In this document: positions 36,631 through 41,936 of the stretch, piece by piece
Layout of the letters: each line of letters opens with the position of its first letter
How positions within the stretch are numbered: the first letter of the stretch is position 1
Assembly: GCA_037441285.1 (NCBI GenBank)
Contig: JBBISL010000016.1
Coordinates: 1-41,936 of the forward strand
Length of the DNA: 41,936 nt
Origin: a candidate division WOR-3 bacterium
GTDB lineage: Bacteria > Hydrothermota > Tepidihabitantia > Tepidihabitantales > Tepidihabitantaceae
Reading direction: 5' to 3'
The notes under the pieces: model-generated
Told to the model about the DNA's origin: nothing
The model's input: the letters and a program-made list of their open reading frames with translations, nothing else
The model's database searches: none
Position numbers and translations under genes: made by a program

Positions 36631-38034
36631 TTACCGGTTGACGATGTGGATGGCGCTGCCGAGCAGGGCGTGGGCGGTTTCAAAAACCAGTTCGCTCATC
36701 GTGGGATGGGCATGAACCGGTTTGCCTAACTGTTCCGCGGTTAAGCCCAGTTCAACCGCGGCGGTGATTTCGGCGATGAGGACATCCGCTTCCGGGGCAA
36801 CAACACCACCGCCCAGAATTTTGCCGGTTTTCTCGTCCATCAGGAGTTTGCACATCCCTTCGGAGCGGCTCAGGGTCAAAGACCGGCCAATGGCGTTGAG
36901 GGGTACCCGGGCGACTTTTACCTTCAAACCCTGTTCTTGAGCCGTGGTTTCGGTAAGTCCCACCGTGGCAATCTCCGGGTCGGTATAGACGACCGCAGGG
37001 ATTGGTTTGTTTTCCCCCGGAATCGGCTTTTTGCCCAGGGCAAGCGCTTCGGCAAGGTTAAACCCTTCGTACATCGCCTTGTGGGCAAGAAGCGGTCCGC
37101 CGCGCACATCACCAATCGCATAGACCCCTTTGATGTTCGTTTCGTAGTGACTGTCGGTGACAATAAAGCCGCGGCGGTCAACCTTGATTCCGAGATTTTC
37201 TATGCCCAGTTCGGCGGTGCGGGCGGTTCTGCCCACCGCAATCAGCACCTTGTCCGCCTGCCATTCAAGGGGTTGGGGTGCCTGAGCACAAACCCGGGCG
37301 TTTTCCGCCGGAGGTGGACAGGATAAGCCTTTGACCCCGGTGTGAAACTGAATACCTTCCCGCTCCATCTGGCGCTGGAGCAGGGTGGTAAGGTCACGGT
37401 CAATCCCGGGCAAAATTGAGTCGCACACCTCAAGCACGGTCACTTTGGCACCGAGGCGCCGGAAGATGGTGGCGAACTCCAGGCCAATCGCGCCGGCACC
37501 AACAATCACGATACTTGCCGGCAACTGGATTAGGTTCAGGGCGCTGTTGGAGTCGATGACATTTTTATGGTTCGGCTCTAATCCGGGTAAGATTGCCGGT
37601 TCCGAGCCGGTGGCGATGATGATATGCGGGGCAGAAAGTTTTGCTTCGTTTTCGGCTCCCCGGACAACAACCTGGTCCGGTGCAACAATGTGGGCTTTGC
37701 CCCGGAACAGTTCCACACCATTGGCTTTGAACAGGAATTCGATGCCCCGTGCCAACCGGTCGATAATGCGCGCCTTCCAGGAGTTGAGGCTGACCGGGTC
37801 AAGTTCGGGTGGTTGAAAGGTGATGCCCATCGCCCGGGCTTCCTGGGCGTTACGGATTACCGATGCGGCGTGCAGCAGCGACTTTACCGGAATACAGCCG
37901 CGATTCAAACAGACGCCACCAACCCGCGCCTCTTCAACCACCGCAACCTTCTTGCCTAACTGGGCAAGGCGGATTGCCGCAACATAGCCGGCAGGACCGG
38001 CACCAATCAGGACCGCATCAAATCGACTTTCCAT
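36631..38034 (-). CDS. lpdA: Dihydrolipoyl dehydrogenase
   Basis: GAGPAGY, GGVCLNRGCIP, LAHKA, HPTMSE. Confidence 0.94.
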   Translation of the reverse strand: MESRFDAVLIGAGPAGYVAAIRLAQLGKKVAVVEEARVGGVCLNRGCIPVKSLLHAASVIRNAQEARAMGITFQPPELDPVSLNSWKARIIDRLARGIEFLFKANGVELFRGKAHIVAPDQVVVRGAENEAKLSAPHIIIATGSEPAILPGLEPNHKNVIDSNSALNLIQLPASIVIVGAGAIGLEFATIFRRLGAKVTVLEVCDSILPGIDRDLTTLLQRQMEREGIQFHTGVKGLSCPPPAENARVCAQAPQPLEWQADKVLIAVGRTARTAELGIENLGIKVDRRGFIVTDSHYETNIKGVYAIGDVRGGPLLAHKAMYEGFNLAEALALGKKPIPGENKPIPAVVYTDPEIATVGLTETTAQEQGLKVKVARVPLNAIGRSLTLSRSEGMCKLLMDEKTGKILGGGVVAPEADVLIAEITAAVELGLTAEQLGKPVHAHPTMSELVFETAHALLGSAIHIVNR

Positions 38035-38039
38035 ACCGT

Positions 38040-39191
38040 TTACCAAAGGGTACCTTTAATCAACTCCGAGGCGATGACCAGGCGTTGAATCTGGTTTGTG
38101 CCTTCGTAAATCTGGGTGATTTTGGCGTCCCGCATCATCTTCTCAACCGGGTAGTCTTTCATATAGCCGTAGCCGCCCAAAATTTGCACCGCATCGGTGG
38201 TGACGCGCATTGCGGTGTCTGATGCCATCACCTTTGCCATTGCCGCGAGACCGGCGATGTTTTTGACCCCGGCATCGGCAGCACGAGCGGCCTCGTAAAT
38301 CAGTGCGCGCGAGGCTTCAATTTGAATCGCCATATCAGCGAGCATCAGTTGTACCGCCTGAAAACTGGCGATGGGCTGGTCAAATTGAATCCGGGTTTTG
38401 GCGTACTCGAGGGCTTCGTCAAGTGCGCCCTGCGCAATCCCCAGCGCCTGAGCACCAACTCCGGGCCGGGTGCGGTCAAAGGTGCGCATGGTGTGGACAA
38501 AGCCCATACCTTCGCGGCCACCGATAAGGTTTTCGGCGGGCACCCGACAGTCCTGGAAAACAAGTTCGGCGGTTTTTGAGCAGCGGATGCCCATCTTGTC
38601 TTCAATCTTGCCATAGGTGAAACCCGGTGTGCCATCTTCGACGATGAAGGCAGAAAGCCCGCGCGCCCCGCGACCCGGGTCAGTGGAAGCGATAACCGTA
38701 TAAATCTTTGCGACACTGCCATTGGTGATGAACTGCTTGGTGCCGTTGAGGACATAGTAGTCGCCTTCGCGCCGTGCCCGGGTTTTTACATTGCTGGCGT
38801 CAGAGCCAGCCTGGGCTTCGGTAATCGCAAATGCCGCCAGTTCACCGGCTGCGAGCCGGGGCAAATACTTTTTCTTCTGCGCTTCGGTGCCGGCAAGCAG
38901 GATGGGGAAGGTGCCAAGGCCACAGGCGGCATAACAGAGGGCAACCGCGCCGTCAATGCGCGACAGCTCCTCAACCACCAGGCACATCTCCATTATGCCA
39001 CCGCCAAACCCGCCGTACTCTTCGGGAATGTACACGCCCATCAACCCCAGTTCTGCCATCTCTTTCATCAGGGCGAAGGGGAATTCACCGGTGCGGTCCA
39101 GTTCGGCGCGCACCGGCTTGATTTTCTCGACGGCAAAACGCCGGGCAAGGTCACGGATTTCTTTTTGACTTTCAGTTAAAAAGTACTCCAT
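38040..39191 (-). CDS. Acyl-CoA dehydrogenase (butyryl-CoA DH-like)
   Basis: AFAITE..AGSD, NGTKQFITNG, KMGIR, R.QF, GGYGY, IYEGTNQIQR. AGGAG SD before ATG 39191. Confidence 0.93.
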   Translation of the reverse strand: MEYFLTESQKEIRDLARRFAVEKIKPVRAELDRTGEFPFALMKEMAELGLMGVYIPEEYGGFGGGIMEMCLVVEELSRIDGAVALCYAACGLGTFPILLAGTEAQKKKYLPRLAAGELAAFAITEAQAGSDASNVKTRARREGDYYVLNGTKQFITNGSVAKIYTVIASTDPGRGARGLSAFIVEDGTPGFTYGKIEDKMGIRCSKTAELVFQDCRVPAENLIGGREGMGFVHTMRTFDRTRPGVGAQALGIAQGALDEALEYAKTRIQFDQPIASFQAVQLMLADMAIQIEASRALIYEAARAADAGVKNIAGLAAMAKVMASDTAMRVTTDAVQILGGYGYMKDYPVEKMMRDAKITQIYEGTNQIQRLVIASELIKGTLW

Positions 39192-39213
39192 AATCACTCC
39201 TTTTTATCTTTCT

Positions 39214-40188
39214 TTAATTGTCAAGGTGCGGCTCCGTTTTCCAGCGGTTTTTGAGGTCCGCCGCAACCCGGAGCGCACCCGATTTTAATAGCAGCGCAAC
39301 CGAGCGGTAAAACTCGATGGAACGACCAATCGGGTCGGCAATCTCCTGCGGTTTTTCTGGATAGCCGCCCAGGAACCGAACTTTAGCAACCGCCCCGGGT
39401 GCCAGTTCGAGAATGAACTGGCGATGAGTTTGTTCCATTACGAGAATCAGGTCCGCGGCTTCAATCATCTTTTTGTCCAGTTGCCGCGCCCGATGCGTTG
39501 TCAGGTCAACACCCATCTCCTTGCCCACGGCAATGGCAAACTGGGTTGCAGAATTGCCTACCGGTGCCGCGATGCCGGCGGAACTGACCACAACCGGCAT
39601 CCCGGCAAAAGCCTGAGACAGAAATGCCGCGGCAAGCGGGCTGCGGCAGGAGTTACCGGTGCAGACAACAAGGACCGAAATTATCACCCCGGGACCAAGT
39701 AAAACCGGCGTGCCCAGAATCTGCTCCAACTGAAATATGCCGGCGACGCCTTTACGCCGAAGAACCGGGGGCGAACTGGTAAAGTCAAGTACCGAAGGTC
39801 CAGTGCCGATTGACATATCCTTATTGAGTTGGAACTTTATCCAGTTGCCTGCCATTTCAAGAAGTTCTTCAAGATTTTCCTCCTGGTCCGGGATGCCAAA
39901 CCAGACCGTCTGGTCAATTGCTGCTACTGCCGCTTCCGGCAGTCCTGCGGGCGCGATAGTCCAGCCGGGTTCGCCCTTTTCCGTAATCAAAACCACCGGC
40001 AGGTTAAGCAGTTCGGCCGGTGTGAAATCTGGTAAAGGTAATTTTTCGGGGTGCACCAGTTGATAGGCGCTGCCGAGCAGGCGGACAAGCTTTTCTTTAT
40101 CGGTGCTCAATATACAGGTTGTGCCGAACAAGGGCATCATCACCCCGCCCTTTTGCATCGCCCGGGCGATATCCTTTTCCTTACCCAT
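39214..40188 (-). CDS. Degenerate Sua5/YrdC-like domain fused to a low-molecular-weight protein phosphatase
   Basis: C-terminal domain has VCTGNSCRSP, SSAG, ADLILVME, IADPIG. N-terminal remnants are GGVMMP..T and PSVLDFT..PP.LRR.G. Confidence 0.8.
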   Translation of the reverse strand: MGKEKDIARAMQKGGVMMPLFGTTCILSTDKEKLVRLLGSAYQLVHPEKLPLPDFTPAELLNLPVVLITEKGEPGWTIAPAGLPEAAVAAIDQTVWFGIPDQEENLEELLEMAGNWIKFQLNKDMSIGTGPSVLDFTSSPPVLRRKGVAGIFQLEQILGTPVLLGPGVIISVLVVCTGNSCRSPLAAAFLSQAFAGMPVVVSSAGIAAPVGNSATQFAIAVGKEMGVDLTTHRARQLDKKMIEAADLILVMEQTHRQFILELAPGAVAKVRFLGGYPEKPQEIADPIGRSIEFYRSVALLLKSGALRVAADLKNRWKTEPHLDN

Positions 40189-40194
40189 AGCGGT

Positions 40195-41481
40195 TTAAGG
40201 ACTGCTGACCGTGCTTGTGAGATGTCGGAGCCCTTTTTCACCGATGTCCCGGCGGTAATGCATTCCCGAAAAATGGATAAGTCCAAGTCCGTAATATGCC
40301 CGGTCCCGCGCTTCCGACAAAGTCGAACCCAATCCGGTAACCGCCAGGACCCTACCACCATTGGTGACAATCCGGTCGTCCACCAATTTTGTCCCGGCGT
40401 GGAAAACGATGGTATGTTCGCCGTCGTCCAGTTTGCCCGAGATGGGCAACCCCTTTTCGTATTTAGCCGGATAGCCCTGCGCTGCGGCAACCACGCACAA
40501 AGCCCAGCGATTGCCCCATTCCGGAGTTGCCTGCTCTTCCAAGTTTCCGAGCGCACATTTCAGGCACAGTTCGGCAAGGTCGCCCTCAAACAGGGGAACA
40601 ATAACCTGCGTTTCCGGGTCGCCAAACCGGCAGTTGAACTCAAGGACCTTTGGTCCCTTTGGGGTGAGCATCAAACCGGCATAGATTGCGCCCCGGTACT
40701 CAATTCCCTCCTTTTCCAGACCTTTGAGTAAGGGATAAAAGATTTCGCGCACCGCCTGAAGGAAAATTTCTTTAGTTACCGCTGGTACCGGTGCATAGGC
40801 ACCCATACCGCCGGTATTCGGTCCAGCATCGCCATCCAAAAGCCGCTTGTGGTCCTGCGATGGCACAAGGAAGTGGAGGTGCTTGCCATCGCACAGGGCG
40901 ATAATTGATGCCTCTTCGCCTTCAAGAAACTCCTCAATCACCACCTGTTTGCCCGCTTCACCCAGTTTTCCTTCCTTCATAAAACGGTTGAGGGTGGCAA
41001 TCGCTTCTTCTCTACTACCGGCAACAACAACGCCTTTGCCCGCTGCCAGACCGGTGGCTTTCACAACAATCGGGAACCGCTGGTTCAGGAGATACTTCTC
41101 TGCCCGGTCAAACTCGTCAAAAACCGCAAACCGGGCGGTTGGGATGCTGTATTTGGCGAGCAGGTTTTTGGTAAACGCCTTGTCACCCTCCAGACGGGCA
41201 GCGGTCTTATTGGGTCCAAACACCTTTAACCCACTCTTTTCAAACTCATCAACAAGACCGGCAACAAGCGGTGCCTCAGGTCCAACCACCGTCAGGTCAA
41301 TTTTCTGCTTGCGGGCAAATTGGGCAAGGGCTTTGATGTTTAGCGGGTCAATATCGGTGCACTGTGCCAGCCGGGAAATACCGGCGTTGCCGGGTGCGCA
41401 GTAAACCTCATGACCGGCGCGGGAAAATGCCCAGGCCAGGGCATGTTCGCGACCGCCACTACCAACGACAAGAATCTTCAT
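40195..41481 (-). CDS. purD: Phosphoribosylamine-glycine ligase
   Basis: MKILVVGSGGREHAL, GPE.PL, GLAAGKGV, QDHKR, NTGGMG, EFNCRFGDPE, GGRVL. Confidence 0.97.
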   Translation of the reverse strand: MKILVVGSGGREHALAWAFSRAGHEVYCAPGNAGISRLAQCTDIDPLNIKALAQFARKQKIDLTVVGPEAPLVAGLVDEFEKSGLKVFGPNKTAARLEGDKAFTKNLLAKYSIPTARFAVFDEFDRAEKYLLNQRFPIVVKATGLAAGKGVVVAGSREEAIATLNRFMKEGKLGEAGKQVVIEEFLEGEEASIIALCDGKHLHFLVPSQDHKRLLDGDAGPNTGGMGAYAPVPAVTKEIFLQAVREIFYPLLKGLEKEGIEYRGAIYAGLMLTPKGPKVLEFNCRFGDPETQVIVPLFEGDLAELCLKCALGNLEEQATPEWGNRWALCVVAAAQGYPAKYEKGLPISGKLDDGEHTIVFHAGTKLVDDRIVTNGGRVLAVTGLGSTLSEARDRAYYGLGLIHFSGMHYRRDIGEKGLRHLTSTVSSP

Positions 41482-41491
41482 ACTATCCTTC

Positions 41492-41519
41492 AATCTACCA
41501 GTTATCGGCTCATTGTCAA
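41492..41519 (-). promoter_or_regulatory. sigma70 promoter of the purD operon
   Basis: TTGACA-N16-TAGATT; ATG 10 nt downstream. Confidence 0.6.
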
Positions 41520-41911
41520 ATGTGCCATATATTACCCTTCCTTCAAAGCGGCGCGGTGATTGGTGTTAAGGTGCGGTTAAAGGCAAACGGTACAGAAGTT
41601 AGATATTTCGGAGAGCGTGAATTGGCAAATAAAACGGGGTCTTAAATATATAGGCTGAGGATTTGGGCTTCTGGTGGGGTATAAAAGGTTGATTTCAGGG
41701 CGGGTTTCAGGACGATGGCGAAATTACCCCGGGGCACGATACCAGAGATTGATAATGGTGTCAACGGGCTATCTTTTCCGGGACAGGCGGCTGCGGTGGT
41801 TTCCGTCATAACATTATGGATTATCAATAAGATAGGTTTTGGAGTGGTGGTGGGAATTTAATCAAGGGTGATAATACGGGTGGTAAAATGGGCGATGAAC
41901 GATGGGCTATA

Positions 41912-41935
41912 GAAGACTATCCCGGGAATTACCCC
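41912..41935 (+). repeat. Dispersed 24-bp repeat, copy 2
   Basis: GAAGACTATCCCGGGAATTACCCC matches 4573-4596; it lies at the window edge. Confidence 0.6.
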
Positions 41936-41936
41936 T

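Noticed and set aside
39214..39690. CTGNSCRS domain as arsenate reductase ArsC
   Set aside because: Lacks the two downstream resolving cysteines and has no ars context.
41642..41827. 61-aa minus-strand ORF at the window end
   Set aside because: Short, no recognisable motif, and lies in a repeat-containing intergenic region.
41803..41830. CATAACATTATG as dif-like
   Set aside because: Spacer is 2 nt rather than 6 and the arms do not match.

Overview
Bacterial chromosomal window. The secreted Asp-box proteins with 'GIYF' C-terminal tails and the overall gene style suggest an FCB-related candidate lineage such as WOR-3; this is inference only. Most of the window is housekeeping: glnS, gltX, two tRNA-Ser, rpmB, dciA-like, gyrB, archaeal-type aspS, a queuosine-precursor transporter, hslU, argF, trxB, an NrdG-like activase, lipB, lpdA, an acyl-CoA dehydrogenase and purD. 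It also holds a GDP-sugar/glycosyltransferase cluster and a porin + CHASE4 kinase phosphorelay. The standout is a four-gene operon at 4770-10317: an unknown protein, two divergent BrxD/DUF2791-like ATPases (the second with an N-terminal Tudor-like domain) and an Lhr-like DEIH helicase. It resembles Shango/BREX-2 modules but has no TerB protein, methylase or PglZ, so it is a candidate undescribed defence system. Other notable signals are many sigma70 promoters placed for leaderless translation, a 33-nt REP-like repeat found both intergenically and in-frame inside a glycosyltransferase, an AspRS with mixed specificity determinants, and a degenerate YrdC-phosphatase fusion. No CRISPR array, integrase or transposase was seen. 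All family calls come from motif reading, not database searches.
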